Shown here: positions 1 through 8,970 of the stretch, in pieces
How positions within the stretch are numbered: the stretch's first letter is position 1
Layout: each line of letters opens with the position of its first letter
Translations under genes and position numbers: made by a program
The notes under the pieces: model-generated
Told to the model about the DNA's origin: nothing
The model's database searches: none
Seen by the model: the letters and a program-made list of their open reading frames with translations, nothing else
NCBI GenBank assembly: GCA_964388715.1
Contig: CAYMBN010000012.1
Coordinates: 1 to 41,169 of the forward strand
DNA: 41,169 bases
DNA from: an uncultured Methanosarcinales archaeon
GTDB lineage: Archaea; Nanobdellota; Nanobdellia; Woesearchaeales; CAYMBN01
Reading direction: 5' to 3'

Positions 1-3
1 AGG

Positions 4-97
4 AAAAAATTTGCTCACGAGGAGAAATCGAACTTCGCATAAGCCCGATGTTAGTCTCAATCTTCTACCACACCACTCCCCACTAGACAAACACGGC
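4..97 (-). ncRNA. Candidate structured small RNA or 5' leader (unassigned)
   Basis: About 48% GC (43/90 over 11-100) in an AT-rich genome. On the minus strand 91-76 pairs with 24-10 using several G-U pairs, encloses two hairpins, and is followed by a T6 run. Confidence 0.35.
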
Positions 98-132
98 TAA
101 AATATATAAATAAAACTACTTCTATATAGTAT

Positions 133-2331
133 ATGATAAAAGGATTTAAGCCTAGATTATATCAGCAGACCATCTTTGCTACAGCTTCAACTAGAAATAC
201 ATTAGTTGTATTACCAACGGGATTAGGTAAGACCAAAATATTCTTAATGTTAACTATGCAAAGATTAAAACAATATCCTAATTCTAAGATATTATTTTTA
301 GGTCCAACTCGACCTTTGATTAAACAATATTATGATGTTTTTGTGAAGTTTACAAATATTCCAGAAGAAAAACTTACTATGTTTACAGGTCATATTAAAC
401 CAGAAAAAAGAGAAGAATTATGGAAAGAAAAACAAATTATTTTTAGTACACCACAAGGACTTGAAAATGACATTATATCTGGAAGAATTAATTTAGAAGA
501 AGTGTCTTTGCTTGGGTTTGATGAATGTCATAGGGCTGTTAAAGAATATAGTTATGTGTGGATTGCAAAACAATATCATAAAGGATCAAAGTATGAGAGA
601 ATTCTTGGATTAACTGCATCACCAGGACATGATTTGGAAACAATAAGTGAGGTCTGTAAAAATCTTTATATTGAAGAAATTGAATCAAGAATAGATACTG
701 ATCCAGATGTTAAACCATATGTTCAGGATATGAATATTGAATATGTAAAAGTGAATTTACCAGAATCATTTAAGTCAGTTAAAAAATATTTGGAAGCAGG
801 TTATAAATCAAAGTTAAAACAGATTCAACATTGGGGTTATGTTAAAAAAACACTCAATCCAACAAAAAAACAATTATTAATGTTACAAAGACAACTTCAT
901 TCTGAAATTGTACAGGGTAATAAAAGTTTAGAAATTTTAAAAAGTGTTTCACTTTTAGCAGAAGGAATTAAGGTTCAGCATGCATTAGAATTACTTGAAA
1001 CACAAGGGATAACAGCATTGAATGAATATATAGAAAAGTTAGTTTCAGAATCATATAAAACTAAAGTTAAAGCAACACAAAATTTAGTTAGAGACCTTAA
1101 TTTTAAATCTGCAAGAGCTTTAGTTCATAATATAAATGATGCAAATGTTGAACATCCTAAATTAAGTAAATTAAAACAGATTTTGAAAGAGGAAAAAGAA
1201 AAAAATCCTAATGTTAAGGTTATTATTTTTAATCAATATAGGGATTCTGCTGTTAAGATTTTAGAGGAAGTACAGGAAATTATACCTACAAAATTATTTG
1301 TTGGACAAGCAAAGAGAAAACAAACTGGTTTGACACAAAAAGAACAAATAAAAATGCTTGATGAATTTAGAGAAGGACAGTTTAATTGTTTAATATCTAC
1401 AAGTATTGGTGAAGAAGGTCTTGATATTCCACAAGTTGATTTAGTTATATTTTATGAATCAGTTCCAAGTGCAATTAGAACTGTACAAAGAAGGGGCCGT
1501 ACTGGTAGGCTTGCTGAGGGAAGAGTTATTACATTAGTTACACAAGGAACTAGAGATGAAGCGTATAGATGGACTGCACATCATAAAGAAAAAAGAATGA
1601 TAAGAACACTTAAACAATTAAAACAAAGATTTAAATCTGAAGTTAAGAGAGAAAAACCGTTAACAAGTTATATTAAAAAAGATGAAATAAAAGTATATGT
1701 TGATTATAGAGAAAAGGGTTCTGGTGTGATTAAAGAGTTAATTGAATTTAACAGTAATATTAAATTAGATAAACTTGAGGTTGCTGATTATATTGTTTCA
1801 AGCAGATGTGGAATTGAATATAAAACAACAAATGATTTTGTTGAATCAATTATTGATGGAAGATTATTGCAACAAGTAAAAGATCTTAAAAAATCATTTG
1901 AAAGACCTTTAATAATAATAGAAGGACAAGAAGATATTTATTCAATTAGAAAAATACACCCAAATGCAATAAGGGGTATGTTAGCTACTATCACAATAAG
2001 TTATGGTATCCCTGTTTTATACACAAAAAATTTTAAAGAAACAGCAGGATTAATTAATATTATTGCAAAACGTGAACAAACTGATAATACAACAGAATTC
2101 ACATTACACACAAAAAAACCTTTAACATTAAAAGAACAACAAGAGTATATTATAAGTGCATTACCTGGTGTAGGTATAACATTAGCAAAGCCGCTACTAA
2201 GAAAATTCAAATCAATAAAAAAAATAATAAATGCAAACCAAGATGAATTAAAACAAGTTGAACAAATAGGAGATAAAAAAGCAAAACATATCAAAGATGT
2301 TATTGATAAGGAATATTTAATACGTAACTGA
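133..2331 (+). CDS. hef: Hef: SF2 helicase fused to ERCC4/XPF nuclease and HhH
   Basis: LPTGLGKT, DECH, TAS, QRRGRTGR helicase motifs; C-terminal VDYRE...ADY...EYKT nuclease domain; LPGVG HhH. Confidence 0.95.
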   Translation: MIKGFKPRLYQQTIFATASTRNTLVVLPTGLGKTKIFLMLTMQRLKQYPNSKILFLGPTRPLIKQYYDVFVKFTNIPEEKLTMFTGHIKPEKREELWKEKQIIFSTPQGLENDIISGRINLEEVSLLGFDECHRAVKEYSYVWIAKQYHKGSKYERILGLTASPGHDLETISEVCKNLYIEEIESRIDTDPDVKPYVQDMNIEYVKVNLPESFKSVKKYLEAGYKSKLKQIQHWGYVKKTLNPTKKQLLMLQRQLHSEIVQGNKSLEILKSVSLLAEGIKVQHALELLETQGITALNEYIEKLVSESYKTKVKATQNLVRDLNFKSARALVHNINDANVEHPKLSKLKQILKEEKEKNPNVKVIIFNQYRDSAVKILEEVQEIIPTKLFVGQAKRKQTGLTQKEQIKMLDEFREGQFNCLISTSIGEEGLDIPQVDLVIFYESVPSAIRTVQRRGRTGRLAEGRVITLVTQGTRDEAYRWTAHHKEKRMIRTLKQLKQRFKSEVKREKPLTSYIKKDEIKVYVDYREKGSGVIKELIEFNSNIKLDKLEVADYIVSSRCGIEYKTTNDFVESIIDGRLLQQVKDLKKSFERPLIIIEGQEDIYSIRKIHPNAIRGMLATITISYGIPVLYTKNFKETAGLINIIAKREQTDNTTEFTLHTKKPLTLKEQQEYIISALPGVGITLAKPLLRKFKSIKKIINANQDELKQVEQIGDKKAKHIKDVIDKEYLIRN

Positions 2332-4050
2332 AAAATCATAATTTAAATCGTTGTTCTTAATACCCATATGTTTTTTCAACTGCTTTACATACTGCTTGAT
2401 CTTGCTATCAAAAGGTATCATCTTAAGTGACCTTTCAAAACATTCAAGTGATTTCAGATAATTTCTACGATGATTAGTATAAAATTTTCCTAAAGCATTG
2501 TAAATAATAGGATTATGAGGGTTATATTTAGTAGATTTAAGGAATGATTCCTCTGCCTTTTTTAATTCTCCTATATTTATATAATTCAAAGCTAAACTAT
2601 AATATAAAAAATATTCAGTTAAACCTATTTCCTGCGCTTTTTTTAATGTGACTATTGATTGATCATATTTTTTGTTATTATAATAAAATGCAGCAAGTAA
2701 GTGATATATTTCAGGGATCTCTGGAAAAGTCTTGATCATTTCTTGTATATCATCAAAGGAATATTGGTAACTATCTTTATTACTATTAAAAAAAGTTTCA
2801 ATTTTTTGTTTAAATCCTTTTATTGTATCAAAGTTATGTTCTTTTGTGTAATGAAACAATACTTGTTTTTGAAACCATTGCTCTTCAGTTAAGTAACCCT
2901 CTTCTTTGGCTTTGTTGAAAATCTGTGTACCTGGATAAATAACAAAAGGAGAAACAACAATTTCATGAGGTTTACATTCTTTAATTATATTAATAGATTC
3001 CTGTATTGTTTCTTCTGTCTCACCGGGGGAACCAACAATCAAGTAAAATCTCATGTGAAAACCATATTTCCTGGTCAACTTTGCTGCATTTCTTACCTGA
3101 TCCAGAGAAAAATATTTTTGTAACACTTTTAAGATCATAGTTGAACCTGATTCAATACCATAACTTATTCTATAACAACCTGCTTTTCTCATCCAGTAAA
3201 GTCTTTCATCATCAACAAAGTTAACTCTTGCATTACATGTCCATCTAATTTTATATTGTCTTTCAATTATACCTTTACATATTTTAATAACCCTTTGTTT
3301 ATTAACAGTAAAAGTATCATCCATAAATGATATTTCAGTTATCTTTCGTTTGTAAAACTCACCAATTTCATCAAGGACAGATTCTACAGAACGCTCTCTT
3401 AATTTTTGTCCCCACATTAAAGGTGTTGTGCAAAATAAACAGTTTCCTGGACAACCTCTTGTTGTTAAAAGAGAAAAGTTTAAACTATAAGGGTTATAAT
3501 AATATTTTATATAAGAAGGCATGCTACTTAAATTTTTGATCAGTTCAACTTTACCAGTATAAATTACATTTTCACCTTGCTTAAATGCAACTCCCTTAAC
3601 CTTTTTTGGATCTTCCTTATTTTTTATGGCTTGGATAAGTTCAGAAAAAGACCTTTCACCTTCACCAACAATAATAAAATCAATATAAGAGGAAGCTTCT
3701 AAGAGTGTTTTATAAATAAAGGTTGGCTCTGGACCACCCACAACAGTTATTATATCTTTTTGCATCAAAGTACTAAGATTTTTTATTATTTCACATAGTT
3801 TTAGAACAACAAATCGGTTTAAACAATGACATGATATACCCACAATATCTGGTGATTCTTTCTTGATTAATTCTTCTGTTTCCTTAGGAATATAATCTGA
3901 AATATTATAAAAGTTGATATTTTCACCATTTTCCTTAAGCAAGCCATACATATAAAGTAAACCCAATGGAGGATAATTTGTTTCAAAAGAATTAATAGAT
4001 GTATGTTCTTTTCCAGGCATAACTCCACCATACAACAACAAAATTTTCAT
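2317..4050 (-). CDS. B12-binding-domain radical SAM protein with C-terminal TPR repeats
   Basis: N-terminal PPLGLLY and VVGGPEPT cobalamin-domain motifs; RGCPGNCLFC (CxxxCxxC); DDTF; GIESG; TPR-like C-terminus. Confidence 0.9.
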   Translation of the reverse strand: MKILLLYGGVMPGKEHTSINSFETNYPPLGLLYMYGLLKENGENINFYNISDYIPKETEELIKKESPDIVGISCHCLNRFVVLKLCEIIKNLSTLMQKDIITVVGGPEPTFIYKTLLEASSYIDFIIVGEGERSFSELIQAIKNKEDPKKVKGVAFKQGENVIYTGKVELIKNLSSMPSYIKYYYNPYSLNFSLLTTRGCPGNCLFCTTPLMWGQKLRERSVESVLDEIGEFYKRKITEISFMDDTFTVNKQRVIKICKGIIERQYKIRWTCNARVNFVDDERLYWMRKAGCYRISYGIESGSTMILKVLQKYFSLDQVRNAAKLTRKYGFHMRFYLIVGSPGETEETIQESINIIKECKPHEIVVSPFVIYPGTQIFNKAKEEGYLTEEQWFQKQVLFHYTKEHNFDTIKGFKQKIETFFNSNKDSYQYSFDDIQEMIKTFPEIPEIYHLLAAFYYNNKKYDQSIVTLKKAQEIGLTEYFLYYSLALNYINIGELKKAEESFLKSTKYNPHNPIIYNALGKFYTNHRRNYLKSLECFERSLKMIPFDSKIKQYVKQLKKHMGIKNNDLNYDFSVTY

Positions 4051-4198
4051 AATGGCTATAAAATTAATTTATATTTAAATAATTTATTACATTATTTATT
4101 ATAAACCTTTTAGAAATTTTCAGAAATTTCTAAACCTTTTGAAAATCCTATCAGAATTCCCAAAAATTTATAAATAATAGACTGATTTCTATGATAAA

Positions 4199-4372
4199 AT
4201 GGCACGTAATAAAGTATCAATGCCCTCTGGTATGGGTGGACTTGTAAGATATTTTGATGAATATAAAAGTAAGATTGAATTTAAACCAGGTCATATTATT
4301 GTTTTATGTATAATTGTAATTATAATTATGATAATTCTACACAGTTATGGAACAGCTTGGTTTGGTTTATAG
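4199..4372 (+). CDS. secG: Preprotein translocase subunit Sec61beta (57 aa, not in the ORF track)
   Basis: Own translation: MARNKVSMPSGMGGLVRYFDEYKSKIEFKPGHIIVLCIIVIIIMIILHSYGTAWFGL*; GGLVRYFDE motif plus a C-terminal TM helix; TATA box at 4167-4174. Confidence 0.92.
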   Translation: MARNKVSMPSGMGGLVRYFDEYKSKIEFKPGHIIVLCIIVIIIMIILHSYGTAWFGL

Positions 4373-4381
4373 GTGAATAAC

Positions 4382-4714
4382 ATGATTCCAGGTATGAACC
4401 CAAGAAAAATGCAAAAAATGATGAAACGTATGGGTATTCAGCAACAAGAAATCGATGCTACTGAGGTAATTATTAAGTGTGAGGATAAAGATATTATCAT
4501 CACAAGCCCACAGGTTAGTAAAGTAAATATGATGGGTAAACAAACATACCAAATAGTTGGTGAGGAACATATAAAAGAAAAACAAGCTCAAATAAGCCCT
4601 GAAGACATCAAAACAGTAGCAGAACAAACTAATAAAAGCAAAGAACAAGCTGAAAATGCCCTTATTGAAGCAAAAGGAGACCTTGCAGCAGCCATTTTAA
4701 AACTCCAAGAATGA
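4382..4714 (+). CDS. nac: Nascent polypeptide-associated complex protein
   Basis: MNPRKMQKMMKRMGI N-terminus and UBA-like GDLAAAI C-terminus; start moved to ATG 4382, downstream of an AGGTGA SD. Confidence 0.93.
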   Translation: MIPGMNPRKMQKMMKRMGIQQQEIDATEVIIKCEDKDIIITSPQVSKVNMMGKQTYQIVGEEHIKEKQAQISPEDIKTVAEQTNKSKEQAENALIEAKGDLAAAILKLQE

Positions 4715-4759
4715 TTTTCTTTAGAAAAATTTTTAAATTCGTATGTACTATTATACAGT

Positions 4760-5245
4760 ATGGAAAAATTTCAGGAAGCTAAACTTAAAGCAAAGACCAA
4801 TATTGCAAATGCTGACCACATGCTCAATGTAACATATAAATTAGTTAGAGATACAAAATTATTATTAGCTGTAATGGATAACATATTTTTAGCACTTACA
4901 AATTCAATGGGGGCAATATTATATTATGATTATTTGTTTAAAAGAGTTCCATCATTTCAAGAAACTTTTGACTCAAAATTTAATCTTTTTAGAGCAAAAA
5001 GTATGATTAAACATAATATTCCAAATATTTACACCAAACTCATCCAGGACGTAAAAAATATAATATTACAACACAAAAAAAGTCCTGTTGAATTTATAAG
5101 AAAAGATCAAATTGTTATATGTTCAGAAAATTACCAAATGCAGGTGATTGATTTAAATAAGATCAAAGATTATATATATAAAACAAAGACTTTTGTACAA
5201 TTAATGGATAAAATTGTAAGTAAAAATGAACACATATTTAGATAA
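4760..5245 (+). CDS. Hypothetical helical protein, probable paralog of the next gene
   Basis: 161-aa ORF after a TATA-like box; N-terminal KAK..I..ADHML motif. Confidence 0.75.
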   Translation: MEKFQEAKLKAKTNIANADHMLNVTYKLVRDTKLLLAVMDNIFLALTNSMGAILYYDYLFKRVPSFQETFDSKFNLFRAKSMIKHNIPNIYTKLIQDVKNIILQHKKSPVEFIRKDQIVICSENYQMQVIDLNKIKDYIYKTKTFVQLMDKIVSKNEHIFR

Positions 5246-5669
5246 AGCAAAAAGCGAGTTAAAACGGGCAGATCATTTGATTTTTGTAAGCCTGAAATAC
5301 ACAAGAACAGTTGATGTAATTAGAAGTATAATTGAAAGATTAATCAACGCACTAGAACACATTATAGATCATTTAATTGAAAAAAATAAAGATAAAGTTG
5401 ATGAAATACCAGAACTTTCACCATTAAAATGTAAACTTTTAAAAGAAATATATCCAAATAATGAAAAAATAAATGAAGGAATTGCATTTTATTTACAACT
5501 AAGAAAAATAATCAGAGCAAAATATAAAGCTTATAGGGAATACAGAAGACATGTTAATATGAAAATAAACATAAATGATGAAGATCTTGAAATCAATATT
5601 GATAATATTAAAGAATATTTTGAAAAAACAAAAGAGTACATGAAAGAACTTGAGGGGGACAATGAATAA
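5226..5669 (+). CDS. Hypothetical helical protein, probable paralog of the previous gene
   Basis: 147-aa ORF overlapping the upstream gene; KAKSELKRADHLI motif. Confidence 0.75.
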   Translation: MNTYLDKAKSELKRADHLIFVSLKYTRTVDVIRSIIERLINALEHIIDHLIEKNKDKVDEIPELSPLKCKLLKEIYPNNEKINEGIAFYLQLRKIIRAKYKAYREYRRHVNMKININDEDLEINIDNIKEYFEKTKEYMKELEGDNE

Positions 5670-6072
5670 AAAATATAAAAATTATACAACAGAAACAAAT
5701 AGAATATTATATTGGATGTCATTATTGGTACTAACAATATCTAATTTTGTTATTTCAATCGTATTAATTCCTTTTTTACTCACAATTAATAATTATTTTT
5801 TATATATAATTATAATTTTATTAGGAATTATATTTGGTTCACTTTTTGAGCTTCTTATAGAAGATATTGAACATCTTAATAAAAAACACCATGCAATTGC
5901 ATTAATTTTTATTCCAGCAATAGCAATAATAAACATTTTTGTAACAGTAAATATAGCAAACAATATTAATCAATTCTTAAAGTTTAATATTATACATGAA
6001 CCAATAATAATTAGTGCTATTTATGTTATATCATTCTTAACACCATACATAATTGGAAGATTTAAATCTTAA
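5662..6072 (+). CDS. Hypothetical membrane protein (about 4 TM)
   Basis: Four hydrophobic segments; ATG 5662 preceded by GAGGGGG SD and overlapping the upstream stop. Confidence 0.75.
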   Translation: MNKKYKNYTTETNRILYWMSLLVLTISNFVISIVLIPFLLTINNYFLYIIIILLGIIFGSLFELLIEDIEHLNKKHHAIALIFIPAIAIINIFVTVNIANNINQFLKFNIIHEPIIISAIYVISFLTPYIIGRFKS

Positions 6073-6168
6073 CAAAATCTTTTAAAAACAAAGTTTTTAA
6101 ACCATTTAAAAAAAGAAAATCTTTTTCCAAAAGTTTATAAATAATATTATTCTCCAAGATGATAATAT

Positions 6169-6242
6169 GGCGGTTATGGTGTAGCCTGGCAGCACAGGGG
6201 ACTGTGGATCCCCTAGGGTGGGTTCAAATCCCACTAACCGCC
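6169..6242 (+). tRNA. tRNA-His (GTG), intronless, with encoded G-1
   Basis: Acceptor GCGGTTA/TAACCGC; anticodon stem GGGGA/TCCCC with loop CTGTGGA; T arm GTGGG-TTCAAAT-CCCAC; discriminator C; TATA box at 6134-6141. Confidence 0.96.
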
Positions 6243-6255
6243 CTTTTTAAAAAAA

Positions 6256-7164
6256 ATGAAACACGATCAAAACATAACACTGATTCTTGTATTAATCTTC
6301 TTAAGTGCACAAGTAGTAGGTTTATTAATTACAAAAGAATACATTGACAAAGAAAAATTAGTTGAAACAGGAGATGTTTCATTTCAGTCTTTACCATATA
6401 TTGAAAGACCACAAATTCAAGAATCAACATCATATATATGGATCACAACAGCTTTATTAATTGGAACAATTTTAATACTTCTCTTAATAAAATTTGGTTT
6501 AATAAAAATTTGGAAACTATGGTTTTTTCTAAGTGTTTTTGCATGTTTAACAGTAGCTTTTGCAGCATTCATGCCAAAACTAATGGCAGTGATCATAAGT
6601 TTCCTATTGACATGGGTTAAAGTATACAAACCAGAAGTTATAATTCACAATCTCACTGAAATATTTGTATATGGTGGGCTTGCTGCAATCTTTGTACCTA
6701 TTATTAATTTATCAGCCGCTTTTATTTTATTAATAATAATATCATTGTATGACATGTATGCTGTATGGAAAAGTAAACACATGGTAAAAATGGCAAAATT
6801 TCAAAGTAAAACAAATGTTTTTGCTGGATTATTAATCCCATACAACAAAGGAAAAGTAATTAGAAAAACTTCACAAAAAAAATCAAGACAAAAACAACAC
6901 TTAATAAAAATCAAAGTTAAAAATGCTGTTCTTGGAGGAGGTGATATTGGTTTTCCATTGATGTTTGCTGGCGTTGTTATGAAAAATTTAATATTAACAA
7001 ACCCAATATTAACTGCTTTCCTAAAAACACTAATTATTCCAATAACAACCTCTATTGCATTATATTTATTGTTAATATATGGTAAGAAAAATAAATTTTA
7101 TCCAGCAATGCCTTTTTTAACTATTGGTTGTTTAATTGGTTTCGCTATCATTAAACTGATTTAA
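6256..7164 (+). CDS. Presenilin/SPP-family (A22) intramembrane aspartyl protease
   Basis: Multi-TM; YD (SLYDMYAVW), LGGGD and PAMP (PAL-like) motifs. Confidence 0.92.
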   Translation: MKHDQNITLILVLIFLSAQVVGLLITKEYIDKEKLVETGDVSFQSLPYIERPQIQESTSYIWITTALLIGTILILLLIKFGLIKIWKLWFFLSVFACLTVAFAAFMPKLMAVIISFLLTWVKVYKPEVIIHNLTEIFVYGGLAAIFVPIINLSAAFILLIIISLYDMYAVWKSKHMVKMAKFQSKTNVFAGLLIPYNKGKVIRKTSQKKSRQKQHLIKIKVKNAVLGGGDIGFPLMFAGVVMKNLILTNPILTAFLKTLIIPITTSIALYLLLIYGKKNKFYPAMPFLTIGCLIGFAIIKLI

Positions 7165-8073
7165 TCCAACTTGTTCTTCTTCTCCTTTTTCTGTAGTTTC
7201 CTGTTCAAAAGAGGGTTTCTCTGTACTTTTAGTTTCATCTAATTCATGAGACTTAAATTCCTTTAAACCAGAAAACATTTGTTGTCTTGACTTAGCCGAA
7301 TATTCATCAGGAACAATTAACATTCCATCTTTAGCTGTAATAACTTGACAATTTGTTACACGTTGAACTTCTCTTGCTTCATAAATAGGATCAGCTTTCA
7401 ACATTTTATAACCAAAATGTGTTAATATTACAAGTTTAGGATTAACCTTTTTAATTATTTTAACAACATCATCAACATTCAAATTATATTCTGATTCAAT
7501 ACCTCTAGGAAAAGGAACATTCATAATAATTATATCAGAACCAAAATATTGTCTTACTACATCATCTGAGTAACCTGTATCTCCAGTATAACTTAAAATA
7601 AAGTGAGGAGTATAAAATTTAAATCCAAGTGCTGTTGAATCTTCATTATTTGTTTTCAATGCATGAATTTCTACATTCTCAACACCAACTTTTTGTCCTG
7701 GTTCCAATGCTATAACTCTTTCAACATAATTTTTATGTTTTGAAGTTAAAAAAGGATGAATTTTATCATTACCTTTTACTAATGATTCATTACATATTAA
7801 AACACCTTTTTTATCAAGACCTGAATGAGTCATTGTATTTACTTCAACATTAATATCATTACAATTAATAACTTCTGAATTACTTACAAGAACAGCTGTA
7901 TTTTCTCTTAAATTAATTTGATTTTCAATAGCACGTATTAAGGTTGCAGGACCAGGATCAATATGAAACTGAAAACCAGAAAGATTAAGAATTATCCCTG
8001 CTGATGCTCTTAATTGTTTAGCTACAACAAAATTATCCCCAGCTGTTCCCATAAAAAGTATTTTTGACCCCAT
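7132..8073 (-). CDS. Metallo-beta-lactamase-fold protein
   Basis: FMGTAG, IDPGP, YTGDT, LTHFG motifs; start moved to ATG 8073 behind a GGAGGT SD. The HxHxDH motif reads SNSEVINCND. Confidence 0.85.
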   Translation of the reverse strand: MGSKILFMGTAGDNFVVAKQLRASAGIILNLSGFQFHIDPGPATLIRAIENQINLRENTAVLVSNSEVINCNDINVEVNTMTHSGLDKKGVLICNESLVKGNDKIHPFLTSKHKNYVERVIALEPGQKVGVENVEIHALKTNNEDSTALGFKFYTPHFILSYTGDTGYSDDVVRQYFGSDIIIMNVPFPRGIESEYNLNVDDVVKIIKKVNPKLVILTHFGYKMLKADPIYEAREVQRVTNCQVITAKDGMLIVPDEYSAKSRQQMFSGLKEFKSHELDETKSTEKPSFEQETTEKGEEEQVGLNQFNDSETN

Positions 8074-8211
8074 AACCTCCTGTAAATATGCTAAATTAAT
8101 AAATTTTTCTATTATATAGTTGTTAAACAAAAGCCTCCTAAAACCCCTAAACTTTTAAACAGTTCATACTAAGTCGAAAACTTTTTAAAAATGACTCATT
8201 TTTTAACAATT

Positions 8212-8485
8212 TGGAAGGCTAGACCGGGTAGTTAGCCTCTACTTATAACCACAAACAGGCTTTATGGTGGGGTCAAAAACCAGGAAAAGGAGTTGTTATA
8301 TGTCAGAGGTCTTGGTTCTGACTATGAAACTCTGTCCTGTAGGACTAATATTTTTGGGAACCAGGTCAGATCAGGAATGAAGCAGCCTTAACCTTAAGTA
8401 TTGGTGCTTATTGGGTCGCGGAGTTGAGAATGAATCAAGGTCAACCTTTGATGTATATCAATTTCGATTCCTGGGAAGCCTTCCA
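8212..8485 (+). ncRNA. ffs: Signal recognition particle (7S) RNA
   Basis: Terminal pairing TGGAAGGCT/AGCCTTCCA; Alu-like domain with complementary loops AGCC/GGCT; helix 8 AGGTCAGATCA-GGAA-TGAAGCAGCCT at 8363-8388; upstream BRE/TATA. Confidence 0.92.
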
Positions 8486-8575
8486 CTTTATAATCTCAAA
8501 AAATAAACCACAACATTTAAATATTCAAAAAATTAATTGTATTCACGAGGAATGATACATTCATGGAGATAAAAA

Positions 8576-8911
8576 ATGAACATGGGCCATCATATTATTG
8601 TAAATCTTTTAAAATGCCCAGCTAAAGTTCTAGAAAAAGTTAATATTGTTCAAAAATTATTAAATGAAATTGTTTCTGAAGCAAGTTTAACAAAAGTAGG
8701 TGAAAGTTTTTACCAGTTTGAACCAAAAGGTGTTACCGGCATAATCCTTCTAGCCGAATCACATATAAGTATTCATACATGGCCAGAACATGAAAGTGCA
8801 GCAGTTGATATTTTTTGTTGTGGTGGAAAAGAATCAGCTAAAAAAGCTTATGAATTATTAGTTAAAAAATTTGAACCATCCAATGTAAAAAAACATGAAG
8901 TTTCTAGATAA
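8576..8911 (+). CDS. speD: S-adenosylmethionine decarboxylase proenzyme
   Basis: LAESHISIHTWPE self-cleavage motif; DIFCCG. Confidence 0.93.
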   Translation: MNMGHHIIVNLLKCPAKVLEKVNIVQKLLNEIVSEASLTKVGESFYQFEPKGVTGIILLAESHISIHTWPEHESAAVDIFCCGGKESAKKAYELLVKKFEPSNVKKHEVSR

Positions 8912-8970
8912 TTAAAATCATATTTCTTTAGAAAGTAATAAATAAGATTAACATTTATCTTAATATTAAT

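Noticed and set aside
12..97. tRNA or TPP riboswitch call for the GC-rich element
   Set aside because: Acceptor, D, anticodon and T stems do not pair as a cloverleaf, and the TPP core (ACCTGAT) is missing; kept as unassigned.
6159..6347. 62-aa ORF in the track
   Set aside because: It overlies tRNA-His and the presenilin start in another frame.
8074..8130. N-terminal extension of the MBL ORF
   Set aside because: A GGAGGT SD supports the ATG at 8073; the upstream part is promoter-like.
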